Positions 17,656 to 28,200 of a stretch of 64,000 nt of DNA are shown piece after piece. The notes under the pieces are model-generated. The model was not told the origin of the DNA, did not search any database, and was given only the letters and a program-made list of their open reading frames with translations. The translations under genes and the position numbers were made by a program. The stretch lies in the IMG/VR virus record IMGVR_UViG_3300046005_000547, positions 62,001 to 126,000 of that record. One strand, given 5' to 3'. Positions within the stretch are counted from its first letter, which is position 1, and the number at the start of each line of letters is the position of its first letter.

Positions 17656-18378
17656 TTAAGGAGAATGTATCCAAAAATCTTCGGATAAATTATCTGGAAC
17701 ATCTGCTGGTATTAAAGCGGATGCTCTGTAACGTTCTTGTTGTAATGGTAAATTAACATTAACGTGTTTAATGATTTCAGATGTTTTAATTGAACCAAAT
17801 AGATCCACTTTTAATGTAAATGAAAATGTATGAATGATTTCGCGTCGAGTTTGGAAATCCCCTTCATAATTATCATCAACTGTAACAGAATTCAATACAA
17901 TAGGTACATCCTTTACAATATTCATTTCTGGAACAGCATTAATTGATATTGTATAATTTGGAGCAAACATTGGTAATATCTTTTCCATTACAATTAGACC
18001 GTCTTCGATTGTCTTTGTAATAAGATACAATGAAACATCTATATTATATGGAACACCAGAATACTGTGTATTTGAACTATGTGTATTAGATACACCTAAT
18101 CTATTATTCTTATTGACTTTCCTAGAGGAATCGTAAGAGTAATTTGTTATTTCAAATGCGAGTCTGGGTAACGTAATCTGCGTATTATTAGTCTGATTTG
18201 GATCTTGTTCCGTTCTAGTGACCCATTTTTCCTTATTGGAATATGCTATAGGAACATTCACTGTCTGAATTAAAGTACCAGATGTATCGTATCGTTCAAT
18301 CTGAATTCCAGAGAATAATTTACCGAAAGCAGCAATAGTCTTCTTGATGATAGCTGGATAATAATTAGTCTGAAACAT
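17656..18378 (-). CDS. Tail sheath stabiliser/completion protein (gp15)
   Basis: IIKKTIAAFGKLFS, VPIAYSNKEKW, ITLPRLAFE, YDSSRK, DDNYEGDF. Confidence 0.9.
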   Translation of the reverse strand: MFQTNYYPAIIKKTIAAFGKLFSGIQIERYDTSGTLIQTVNVPIAYSNKEKWVTRTEQDPNQTNNTQITLPRLAFEITNYSYDSSRKVNKNNRLGVSNTHSSNTQYSGVPYNIDVSLYLITKTIEDGLIVMEKILPMFAPNYTISINAVPEMNIVKDVPIVLNSVTVDDNYEGDFQTRREIIHTFSFTLKVDLFGSIKTSEIIKHVNVNLPLQQERYRASALIPADVPDNLSEDFWIHSP

Positions 18379-19028
18379 TAGAACCCCGAAAATGGATCTA
18401 AATCGTTGAACGTAACAGCAGTTCCATGTGTAATCATATTATCGTTATCTCCATACGAATCTGAAACTTCAACGGTGTTGGATGCATCATCAAATGTTTT
18501 AAGAGATTCAAATACATCAATTTCTTCAACTCCAGTGGAAAACCGTTCTGAAGCATATTGGAATAATTCAACAGATAATTTATAAACGTACAATTTACCT
18601 AATTGATAGAATGGATCCTGATGATTTACAAATTTAATTTCAAACAATCCATTGGTCAACGGGAAATAGATTAAATCACCTTCTGCTGGTCTATTTGGTA
18701 AAATAGATTGTCCGTATCTACCAACTAGATTTCTCCATTCTTTTCTTGCGATGACCAATGTAGCTGTTTGTTCTATCGATAATCCAAATTTTGATTGAAT
18801 ATAACTTGAACTCTCAAATCCATCTATACTTTCAAAATATGTTACCACAGGATATGAATTTTTAAATTCCGAAAGTCTATCTTCACCCAGTAAATCATCT
18901 TTGGCAACCAACGATCTTGGGATATAATACATGTCTAATCCATAAATGTTGATAGATTCGATAATTATATCTTCCAAGATATCCTGTTCAGGCGCTGTTC
19001 CCATCGTAAAATATGGATTTCTTGGCAT
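18378..19028 (-). CDS. Neck protein (gp14)
   Basis: MPRNPYF, ESINIYGLDMYYIPR, RPAEGDLIYFP, PFYQLGK; start adjusted to ATG 19028. Confidence 0.9.
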   Translation of the reverse strand: MPRNPYFTMGTAPEQDILEDIIIESINIYGLDMYYIPRSLVAKDDLLGEDRLSEFKNSYPVVTYFESIDGFESSSYIQSKFGLSIEQTATLVIARKEWRNLVGRYGQSILPNRPAEGDLIYFPLTNGLFEIKFVNHQDPFYQLGKLYVYKLSVELFQYASERFSTGVEEIDVFESLKTFDDASNTVEVSDSYGDNDNMITHGTAVTFNDLDPFSGF

Positions 19029-19041
19029 TGTAACTCCTTGA

Positions 19042-19770
19042 TTATCCAATAAATAATGCGGCGGGAGCTTGCTCATCCACTAATTGTTGTTCTAATTCTT
19101 TCTGTTCAGAATAAGCTGTATCGTAAATACCTTGACCGTCAATGGACACTCCGCCTGGTAATAACATATTACTGAATTTCGCTAGGTTAGAACCCCATTG
19201 TTTCTTAAACAAAGCTGTTGTATATAATTTCAACCATGGATCGTTGAACATTCTCGTTTCAATTTCAGGATCTATCAATTGGTATCCATCGATTACAATC
19301 CAAGATCCAACCGTTAATTTAGTCCAATTAGTATCCAAATACAATTTACCATTATTCTTATTGAATCTAATCATAATCTGACCAGCAAGTACGTGGTCGA
19401 TTAATTGTAAATGATTCATGGTAATCTGATAATCTGAAAGAGATGCAGTTTGTAAATTGGCAATAATATCCAAACGATATTGTGTCTCAAAATTCAGTAA
19501 TTGGTCTCTTGATGTATAATTGAATGAGAAGATTCTGGTTACACCTCTTACATCATACGGAAGATTGATATATTTTTGGTCGTAATCTTCTTGTGTAATC
19601 TGATGTTTAAGATACATCCTCTCAAGACCATCATAATGATACATAGAATAATACTGTAATGCCTCATCAATCCTGTCTTCTAACTGGGAATCATCCACAT
19701 TAATTTCAATTACAGGAGACCCTAACGTTCTAAGGCAATATTGTTTTAATTGTTCTCTTGATTGAATCAT
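19042..19770 (-). CDS. Neck protein (gp13)
   Basis: SREQLKQYCLRTLGSPVIEINVDD, KKQWGSNLAKF, LPGGVSIDG. Confidence 0.92.
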   Translation of the reverse strand: MIQSREQLKQYCLRTLGSPVIEINVDDSQLEDRIDEALQYYSMYHYDGLERMYLKHQITQEDYDQKYINLPYDVRGVTRIFSFNYTSRDQLLNFETQYRLDIIANLQTASLSDYQITMNHLQLIDHVLAGQIMIRFNKNNGKLYLDTNWTKLTVGSWIVIDGYQLIDPEIETRMFNDPWLKLYTTALFKKQWGSNLAKFSNMLLPGGVSIDGQGIYDTAYSEQKELEQQLVDEQAPAALFIG

Positions 19771-20006
19771 TTTTTAACCACACTAGATTTAATCCAAGCA
19801 ACTGCCATTGTAATCGCTAGATTCACAATATAATTGGCAATACCCTCGAAAATGAATTTAACATCTTCCGAGACTTGTTGATGTTTCTCTTGATTAGATA
19901 AATCTCTTGATTCCATATGCTGGACAAACATCTTAACATCAGACCATAATTGTTTATCTAATAAAATCTTTGCGGTAAATTCAATTGCCATTGTTTTTAA
20001 TTTCAT
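19767..20006 (-). CDS. Small protein with hydrophobic C-terminus
   Basis: 79-aa ORF; aagga RBS; overlaps the gp13 start. Confidence 0.55.
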   Translation of the reverse strand: MKLKTMAIEFTAKILLDKQLWSDVKMFVQHMESRDLSNQEKHQQVSEDVKFIFEGIANYIVNLAITMAVAWIKSSVVKK

Positions 20007-20139
20007 GTTTGTTCCTTACAGTTAATCCCGATAATCGCTCCTTCTATAGATCTAAACTCTTGATTTGGTTGTAGATCTATAGAAGGATTACAATTGTAGG
20101 AACATCCTGTTAATATTATAATTAACAGGAAAATTCTTA

Positions 20140-20340
20140 TCATTTAGAAAAACCTTCGATCTTTGATTCAGGTGAACCTTCTGCAGTAAATACAGCTAGA
20201 ATACCAAACATCATTGTCGCTACATTCATCCAATCATTGTATGTTTCTTCTTGTACATGGAATGTTGTCAATAAGAACATAATGGCAATATGCGATGACG
20301 GTTCTTTTAAACGATTGAAAATATATAATAATTTTCCCAT
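20140..20340 (-). CDS. Small two-TM membrane protein (holin-like)
   Basis: RLKEPSS followed by two hydrophobic segments. Confidence 0.5.
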   Translation of the reverse strand: MGKLLYIFNRLKEPSSHIAIMFLLTTFHVQEETYNDWMNVATMMFGILAVFTAEGSPESKIEGFSK

Positions 20341-20358
20341 GTTATAATCTCACATTTA

Positions 20359-20913
20359 TTAAAATCCAAGTTCCAACATCAACTCTGGCACCGAATGTGG
20401 ACAAGATCCAATCATAGAGAAATCTGTGTCAATAGATCCAGAATCCTTTCTTGTATAGTATTCTGACCAAATCGATTTAATCCAATTCTGAACGACAATG
20501 GATTTTGGTAATGATTGAATACAACCCATGGTAATCAAACCAATAGCGGATCCAGAGATAAATCGTTGTTCATAATCATGAGCAGATTGCCATAATGATT
20601 GAATTCGATTTGAATCCTTTTGTTCTAGATCCTTTGTTTTTCTTTCTTGGGATAAAGTTAATGATTCGCCAGTTAAACCTTCAACGATCCATGTTTGTTC
20701 ATAGATACCCTTGGATGTTTTAATTGGAGTTGTTTCCAAACAGGATTGCGAGTATTCATCGAAATCTGGTCTAGGGGTATCGAACACTGGTTGAAAATCG
20801 TATTGTTGGTAAAATTCCGTTGGAATGGAAATCGGAAAACTGACATTTGGATGTCTTGATTTGAATTCATCAACAGAAATCATTTCCAATGTTTTTGTAT
20901 TGAATAATTTCAT
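20359..20913 (-). CDS. Tail-fibre-associated/assembly protein
   Basis: FKSRHPNVSFP...F.PVFDTPRP...EQTW pattern; lies directly after the fibre genes; start adjusted to ATG 20913. Confidence 0.55.
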   Translation of the reverse strand: MKLFNTKTLEMISVDEFKSRHPNVSFPISIPTEFYQQYDFQPVFDTPRPDFDEYSQSCLETTPIKTSKGIYEQTWIVEGLTGESLTLSQERKTKDLEQKDSNRIQSLWQSAHDYEQRFISGSAIGLITMGCIQSLPKSIVVQNWIKSIWSEYYTRKDSGSIDTDFSMIGSCPHSVPELMLELGF

Positions 20914-21011
20914 TTGGTTTTTCCTTATATGTTTCAATTATTTATTAAGCAAAGATAAATGTAACCATTAACATTGATGTTAGTATCTGTACCAATAATG
21001 TTGATTTATAC

Positions 21012-22910
21012 TCATGAGTAAGCTAATCCAATATAAACATTACCAGTTACATTTAAATTGGTCGATGCGTTTTGGTTGATTGTAAAACCTACATTCAAAG
21101 GATCTATTGAATCATCAGTTGTAACTTCCACCTCACTTGTATTAAGAGATAAATGATGATCGTTGGCAGAAACAATACCTCTAGTGCTATCAAATATAAA
21201 AATATCCTGAGATTGTCCGACAGTTGTTCTAATAATCATCACGAATCTTGCACCAGTTGTGAATCCACAATTAATGTCTTGCGAAGAACCATTTCCGGTA
21301 TAAGTGAACACTTTAGAAACGCCAATTAATGAAGCCCACATATAACATACATAATTTGCCGAATTACCGTTTGTATTAGAAGAATTTCCAAACGAAAATG
21401 CGGTTTTTGATGGATATGTTTGATTCCATAAAGTTGAATCTACCAATTTACCCGTAGGTGATGGACACGTTATATATTCATTATTATTTAATAATGATGA
21501 ACCAAAAGACCATCCAGTCGCAGAATTTCTGGATTTAACTAACCACAATTCCGGATTAGAACCTAAATCATGAGGTTCCGTTTTACTTACACCAGTTCCA
21601 GTGTAACATAGAATTGAGAATACTCCAGGCGCTCGTTTGAAGAAGTGGTTAATAAAAAGATCTGTATTGTTATTCATAGATCTATAATATATGTCAGTTC
21701 CAGTTTTATACCCATCCATTTCGAAACTCACTATCATTTTTTGCCCCAATGATCCTTCGTCAGTTTTTTCAGTTTCGATTGATTCGGAATATAAAAAAAC
21801 ATCTTGTCCTCTCAATTTATCGTGCCAAGTTGGCCTCCTTGCCGTCATAAGTGCTGAACTCGTCGAACGATGTATAATTAAATCAGGCGCAAACCCAACT
21901 CCAGTTACAGTAGTAAGCGCACCAGTTCCAGTTCTCGCAATCGCATTATAAACTGCCGCGCCTGTTGTGGGCGGTTTGTTTGGTCGGCGGATTGCCATGT
22001 AGATGTAGGTTGCGGAACTACCCGAAGATACATTAAATCCTGTACTAGTGGGTAAAGTTTGTCCAGATCCATTACTCTCCGCGTTGGACAAGTTCGGCGA
22101 TAATATTGAGTTAGATGAGTGCGATAATCCTCGCATGGAGTCGAGGATTATCCAATCCTCTGTATAATTGCGCTTAACCATCAAATACTGAGGTTCCCAT
22201 CCTAAATTCACCGTAGCTTTACCACTCGCATCAGTTGTATAAATACCACATTGAATAATCCCATCCGTACTTGTATCGTGTGCGAATATGTAAGCAATGT
22301 ATGAAACGCCATTAGTATTAGCCACGCCTGTAACTGTGAATGTTGAATTTGTCGCACCCGTAACAATTGTGTGACCACCCGTTTGTACCGCCGGTGTATT
22401 TAAAATCAAATCGCCTGTTGCGCTTCGATGGTAGGTATTCCAGTCACCAGTTGTCGAGGTCGATTTAGTCATCACCATACCAGGAGTAATACCCAAATTA
22501 TGCGTTATCTGACGGTTGGATGTTCCGTCCCCATTGTATATTACGATGTCGAAGAATTTTGGAGCTTTGCGGAATGTCCATGAAACAAAGGATCCATCAT
22601 TCTGATTAGTTAATCCACCAGAAACAGAAAATCCATTGTTATAAAACCCAGAAACACCGGAATTATTTGTATTACCGGAATTATTATTTGAACTTAATAA
22701 AAAATTTCCACCATAATTTGTGTTACAAAGTGTGTGATTGGATTCGTTATTGCGTTGTTTTATCCAAACCATCCCACCTTTACCAGCGTAATCAATCCCA
22801 TTATTGATAAATAGTAGTGAACTATTCCCCACGTATGTCGTCGTAGAGAAGACATCGTCCACGTACAATTTATCTTCGGATGCGCACATTAATATATTTT
22901 TAGCACTCAT
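21012..22910 (-). CDS. Tail fibre/receptor-binding protein with repeated YTGNG-type beta modules
   Basis: Repeats such as FFDIVIYNGDG..ITHNLG, YTGTG..PHDLG, YTGNGSSQDINCGF. Confidence 0.7.
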   Translation of the reverse strand: MSAKNILMCASEDKLYVDDVFSTTTYVGNSSLLFINNGIDYAGKGGMVWIKQRNNESNHTLCNTNYGGNFLLSSNNNSGNTNNSGVSGFYNNGFSVSGGLTNQNDGSFVSWTFRKAPKFFDIVIYNGDGTSNRQITHNLGITPGMVMTKSTSTTGDWNTYHRSATGDLILNTPAVQTGGHTIVTGATNSTFTVTGVANTNGVSYIAYIFAHDTSTDGIIQCGIYTTDASGKATVNLGWEPQYLMVKRNYTEDWIILDSMRGLSHSSNSILSPNLSNAESNGSGQTLPTSTGFNVSSGSSATYIYMAIRRPNKPPTTGAAVYNAIARTGTGALTTVTGVGFAPDLIIHRSTSSALMTARRPTWHDKLRGQDVFLYSESIETEKTDEGSLGQKMIVSFEMDGYKTGTDIYYRSMNNNTDLFINHFFKRAPGVFSILCYTGTGVSKTEPHDLGSNPELWLVKSRNSATGWSFGSSLLNNNEYITCPSPTGKLVDSTLWNQTYPSKTAFSFGNSSNTNGNSANYVCYMWASLIGVSKVFTYTGNGSSQDINCGFTTGARFVMIIRTTVGQSQDIFIFDSTRGIVSANDHHLSLNTSEVEVTTDDSIDPLNVGFTINQNASTNLNVTGNVYIGLAYS

Positions 22911-24361
22911 TATTTTGAATCCTTACTTAGAACCAATCCTCTCCAAGTTGTACCACCATCACTAGTGAAAAATCCTAGAATATCTACTCCAGAAGTAATC
23001 AACGACGGAACAGTTCCTCCAGCCCATTTAATACCCGACCACCAAGTTATAATTGAACTCCCACCATTTGTTAATTCAATAACGAATGAACTCGTGTATC
23101 CAGATGTTGCTACATTACTAACAGTAAATGTAGTTGCACCAGAAATAGTTTTAGTGAAGAACGAACCTAAAGATAAATCGATATTGGCAGCAGCAACTGT
23201 GGTTTTAACGTCTCTGATACCAGAAAATGTATTGATACCAGAAAATGTATTATTTGATGTGAATAGATTAAACCAACTGTTATCCCCTTTCAAGAACGTA
23301 CTTGCACTTGGAGTTCCGGTAGAACCCATTCTGGATGGATTGATTGTTCCAGACAATAATGTAGCGGCAATGTTACCAGATGTTACAGTTCCTAATGTCG
23401 TTATACTAGCAGATCCAGCAGATGGAGCATAAGATGTCGATGACGTGTAAGCGGCTGTTCCTAATGCACCGCCAGAACCGATGTTTAATGTAGATCCATC
23501 TGTTCCAATTAAACCTAACGTGTTAGATACAGTTAATGTTTTTGATGTAGTGCCACCAGCAACTGAGAATCCAGTTGTAAAAGATGAAAATGAAACACCA
23601 TTAATAGTTTTACCAGTTAATGCTGAAGCAATGTTACTAGAAGCAATTGTTCCTGAAATTAAATTTCCTGGAATGTTACCAGTAGATACAGTTCCTAATG
23701 TCGTTATACTAGCAGATCCAGCAGATGGAGCATAAGATGTCGATGACGTGTAAGCGGCTGTTCCTAATGTACCACCAGAACCGATGTTTAATGTAGATCC
23801 ATCTGTTCCCATTAAACCTAACGTGTTAGATACAGTTAATGCTTTTGATGTATTTCCTCCGGAAACAGAGAATCCGGTTGTAAAAGATGAAAATGAAACA
23901 CCATTGATAGTTTTACCAGTTAATGCTGAAGCAATGTTACTAGAAGCAATTGTTCCTGAAATTAAATTTCCTGGAATGTTACCAGTAGATACAGTTCCTA
24001 ATGTAATTATACTAGCAGATCCTGTTGCTGGGGCATAAGATGTCGATGACGTGTAAGCGGCAGTCCCTAATGTACCACCAGAACCGATGTTTAATGTAGA
24101 TCCATCTGTTCCCATTAAACCTAGCGTGTTAGCTACAGTTAATGCTTTTGATGTATTTCCTCCGGAAACAGAGAATCCGGTTGTAAAAGATGAAAATGAA
24201 ACACCATTGATAGTTTTACCAGTTAATGCTGATGTGATATTATCAGAAGCAACTGTCCCTAATGTAATGTTTGATGCATTTAAAGAAGTTATACCAGAAC
24301 CATTACCAAGCAAAATCGAATTCGGAACTCCAATTTTATTTGTATTGCGTAAATAAGACAT
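22910..24361 (-). CDS. Gly/Ser/Thr-rich tail fibre protein with 101-aa tandem repeats
   Basis: Three near-identical repeats; C-terminal domain IDLSLGSFF...WAGGTVPSL...DILGFFTSDGGTTWRG. Confidence 0.75.
   Translation of the reverse strand: MSYLRNTNKIGVPNSILLGNGSGITSLNASNITLGTVASDNITSALTGKTINGVSFSSFTTGFSVSGGNTSKALTVANTLGLMGTDGSTLNIGSGGTLGTAAYTSSTSYAPATGSASIITLGTVSTGNIPGNLISGTIASSNIASALTGKTINGVSFSSFTTGFSVSGGNTSKALTVSNTLGLMGTDGSTLNIGSGGTLGTAAYTSSTSYAPSAGSASITTLGTVSTGNIPGNLISGTIASSNIASALTGKTINGVSFSSFTTGFSVAGGTTSKTLTVSNTLGLIGTDGSTLNIGSGGALGTAAYTSSTSYAPSAGSASITTLGTVTSGNIAATLLSGTINPSRMGSTGTPSASTFLKGDNSWFNLFTSNNTFSGINTFSGIRDVKTTVAAANIDLSLGSFFTKTISGATTFTVSNVATSGYTSSFVIELTNGGSSIITWWSGIKWAGGTVPSLITSGVDILGFFTSDGGTTWRGLVLSKDSK
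23380..24232 (-). repeat. 303-bp tandem repeat (about 3 copies) inside the fibre gene
   Basis: Equivalent positions at 23481, 23784 and 24087; nearly identical at DNA level. Confidence 0.9.
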
Positions 24362-24370
24362 GATTATTCC

Positions 24371-24706
24371 TTACGCAGACATTTCTAAAATAGATAAGAT
24401 TGCGTCCAATGATGATGCTGTGTTTGATTTTAAACGTAATGAATCGCCCGTAATCATAACCAATTTTTGGTCACCACCAACCGGGATTGTAGTTGAACCG
24501 ACTGGTAATTCTGCGTTCTTAAAAATAAACGTATCAATTACTCCATCAAATAAAGATAGATCTGCGGTGACAGTTGTTCCAGAAGTGTTGGCGATTGTTA
24601 AACCGATTACAGTTGTTTTAGTTGAAACAGGAACTGTGTAAGAACCAATAGGGGTTGTTGCTGTTCCTACATTTTTAGATATTTTTCTGTTGAAAACGTT
24701 TGCCAT
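24371..24706 (-). CDS. Small virion structural protein
   Basis: MANVF...YTVP...TVIGLTIAN...KLVM..GD.L...DAILSILE pattern; lies in the virion operon. Confidence 0.6.
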   Translation of the reverse strand: MANVFNRKISKNVGTATTPIGSYTVPVSTKTTVIGLTIANTSGTTVTADLSLFDGVIDTFIFKNAELPVGSTTIPVGGDQKLVMITGDSLRLKSNTASSLDAILSILEMSA

Positions 24707-24710
24707 AGTT

Positions 24711-24914
24711 TTATCCCAATGCGATTGCGTAGATTACAGGATCTTGTATATTAAGAGCGATTTGGGCTCCAGCAAGAGTTGTTGCTCCAGTTCCGCCGTT
24801 AGCGATACCAACAGTTCCCTCTAATTTATCATTATTCAAATTAGTGAAGTTTTGGTCGATTTCTGCGTTGGTTAATGGAGAACCTTTCACTAATCTGTAC
24901 GTTAATGAACTCAT
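24711..24914 (-). CDS. Small fibre-related protein
   Basis: KGSPLTNAEIDQNF tail-fibre N-terminal motif and NGGTGATT. Confidence 0.6.
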   Translation of the reverse strand: MSSLTYRLVKGSPLTNAEIDQNFTNLNNDKLEGTVGIANGGTGATTLAGAQIALNIQDPVIYAIALG

Positions 24915-24960
24915 ATGATTTCCTTTTTAATGTTTTGTATGTATTTATTTATCATCGAAT

Positions 24961-25167
24961 TCATAGTTTGTTGATAATCATATTCAACATGGATTTGATG
25001 TCAGACATTTCAGATTGTAAATGAGATACATCATTTTTCAATGAATGGACAAGATGTTGATTATCGCGTTCTCTTTTGAATTTAGTCATTTCCTGTAAAT
25101 TGGAATTGATGATGGCATGTGAATGAGGATCCCTCAATAATGATTCTTCATTTTGTACTTTTAACAT
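24961..25167 (-). CDS. Small coiled-coil protein typical of T4-like neck/tail regions
   Basis: KV...LLRD..S.AIIN...EMSDIKSML; start adjusted to ATG 25167. Confidence 0.55.
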   Translation of the reverse strand: MLKVQNEESLLRDPHSHAIINSNLQEMTKFKRERDNQHLVHSLKNDVSHLQSEMSDIKSMLNMIINKL

Positions 25168-25184
25168 ATTTCCTTCTATAAAAT

Positions 25185-25215
25185 AAATGGGATGCGTCAA
25201 GTATGCATCCCATTT
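25185..25215. terminator. Hairpin terminator after the giant structural gene
   Basis: aaatgggatgc-gtcaagtat-gcatcccatttt inverted repeat. Confidence 0.65.
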
Positions 25216-25220
25216 TCAAT

Positions 25221-28200
25221 TTAAGACGTAGCAATCGCTCTTAGGTTTCTCACTCTAGGAACTTTCGCTGGATTATCAGAATACATAACAACTTTGACCG
25301 CAAATGATTTAAATGATTCAAATGTTTTATCGCCATATACATAAGAGATATTATCCAATTTGTATTCATCAATGATAAAATCATCATTGTTTCTTGAATA
25401 AGATTTTGTTCCAGTTAATGGTAATAGAATGTAATCTTTACCTTTGAAATTAGAATAATCTTCATTTTGAATCAATTTAACATAAACTTCAATTTCAGTA
25501 CCATATTGTCTATTTACATCCAAGATAACGCGAACGCCGGTTGCATCAAATCCTTCTGACAACGTTACTTTTTTGGTTACATATTTAGATAACGCATCAC
25601 CATCAGATGGGTCTGTTTCCTGTTTAATTAAATTCATTTTTGGATTTATTAAATTATGGATGAACTTGGTATTGATTTTCTGTTTTTGAATAATAGGTGA
25701 TACGTTATTATCCGTTGACGACAACACAGTTTTCAATTTATAAGCAGAAGCAGGTTTTGTTCTTGATGACAATAGAACATCTTTGTTATTATCAACTTCA
25801 TGATAATCAATGAAATTGCCAGTTAATGAAACTGAATACTTAGATGATGTTCCTGGAATAACATTTTCTGGAGAATTCAAATGTACAATATCCGTTTCGA
25901 AATTTGTATTGTTTGGTTTCATTTCCAATACAATTTCTTGATTTGTGTTTGTATCAAATTCGCATTTGTATAATCTAAACATCAAATCTTTTAGTTGGTC
26001 TGCGTTCCATGTTCTGGCATTTTGTGACATAAAGAAAGAACCAACAGAACCATCTGGATTATTTTCAGAAATGATTTTACCATTCGATACATCAATTTGA
26101 CCTAATTCGCCAACAAACACTTTATATTCTTTAGAAGAAGACCCGATGATAATAGAGTATTCTCCTGGAGGAATATAAATTGGATCTGAGAACGTAAAGG
26201 TCGTTGGAACAGGAGTAATTACACCAACCAAAGATGAAGGAACATTAACAGATGAATTCTGTAATTCAACTCTAGAAAATTCAAGTTTAGAATCCGATTT
26301 AGGATACCCATTAACAGTTTTTCTTAATTCAATCCATACAGGAATATTGGTATCAGATGGTTTAGAGTAAAAGAAAATATCCGTTTTACTCAAAAACAAA
26401 CCATTTGGGTAATCATCTGGCGACACATAAAACGTTTGAGCAACTGGATCCAATGAGAATGGTTTACCAATATCAGATTTAAATGAACCCGTTGTCGTTT
26501 TTCCATCATCCAATGTAGCAGTCAATTTAATGTCAAAATCTCCATGGAATCCTTTAGATAAAGTGATTACACCTTGACGGAAATCCCCATTGAATGACGT
26601 TACATCTAATGTAGCAGTACCTCTTGATACAACATTACCCGCAGAAGGAACATCAACAGATAAAGAAACAGAACCCGTGTATTTTTTAGCACCAACAGCC
26701 GATCTTGCATCAATATCTAAAACACCAATTGTATATGGAATATGATATTCATATTTGTATCCTAATGCCAATGTTTTCTTTTCTGCCGCAGATATATCTG
26801 AGAATACGATAATTGGAGCAAAATTCGCAGGTTTATCTTTATTCAATACATTCTCTGAACCCGTTAATTTATTACCAGAACTCGATGGAGATACATTCAC
26901 TGGAATTGTAATAGAATTAGAAGTGTTTGATTTAACAGAAGAACCATTAACAAACACCGTTATATCAGCACTTTTGCTTATAGAGTAATTTGCATTGAAT
27001 TTAAGTTTTATGGTGGTAGAATATGTTTTGTTTGCGCCAGATACAGTTCCAACCGTTAATGCAGGAGATGTATTATTTTTATAATCCGTTCCATTAACAA
27101 GAACCGAAGTTAAATTAACAACATTATCTCCGATTGTCCAACCAAATGGTATAATAGTACCAGTATCCAAATACGTTGTATCAACTCTAAATGAAATCTC
27201 ACCTGATGTTTCATATACATCAGTCGTTTGTAATGATGTTATATTGATAGTGGCAGCCGAAGCAGGAGCTTCTTTAATGATAATCGAATTACTAACATCA
27301 CCAACAGAGAATATGGCAGAAGAAGATGTCGTATTAGATACATTATCATTTACTGCAACAACTGGAACAATATAAGAATCAATAAAATCTTTTCTTAATG
27401 TAATCAATTCATTATTGGATGCAGTTGAACAACTAATCAAATTTGGATTGAAAATCAATTTAGAAGAAGTCTCTGTTTTATAAGTGTCCGTCACCTTTAC
27501 ATTGAATTTTTCACCTTCAACAACCTCTGTTATTGGACTACCATTAGATTCAAACGAAATGCTTCTATATGGTACAGATACATTTATGAAATTGGCGGTT
27601 GTTGTAGATTTTGTTGATAGAATACTGGCATCAGATGCTCTACCACTAACAGATAATGTCATGACTTCATTTAAAATAATTTTATCCGCTGGAGTGGCAT
27701 TTTTAAAATAAAATGTTTTAGATGAATTTCCTTTTGGTAATGTATAAGAAACAATCGTTGGTTGGTTCGAAATTAAAGAACCATCCACATTACAAGGGGT
27801 TATGTTTGCAGAAGAAACGTTAAATGTTAAATTTAAAATAGATCCATCATTAGAGATGTTTGATGATTTCACTGTTACACTAGCAATAGATTTCAACGAT
27901 CCATCATTTTGTTTTGTACCAACCGCAGTAGATAACGTATCGCAATCTGAACTTATTTCATAAGAACCTGTTTCAGAAACGCCCAATGAACATTTTCTAA
28001 CCGTTTTGGTTTCCGTTGAACCTGCATCTTTTGTGTAGAATTTAATATCTTTACTTGTGGATACAATGTAACCGGCAGTTATTTTGTAATAGAAATCAAA
28101 TCTTCTTTCACCATTAACATCTTTGTAATTTTGTAATTTTACGTATCCACTTGGTAAAACAGTTAAAGTGTTTTGGAATGCATCATAATATGTTATTCCA

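Noticed and set aside
22965-24356. + strand repeated ORFs (22965, 23481, 23784, 24087) and other antisense ORFs in the track
   Set aside because: Shadow frames of well-supported opposite-strand genes; no RBS or family motifs noticed
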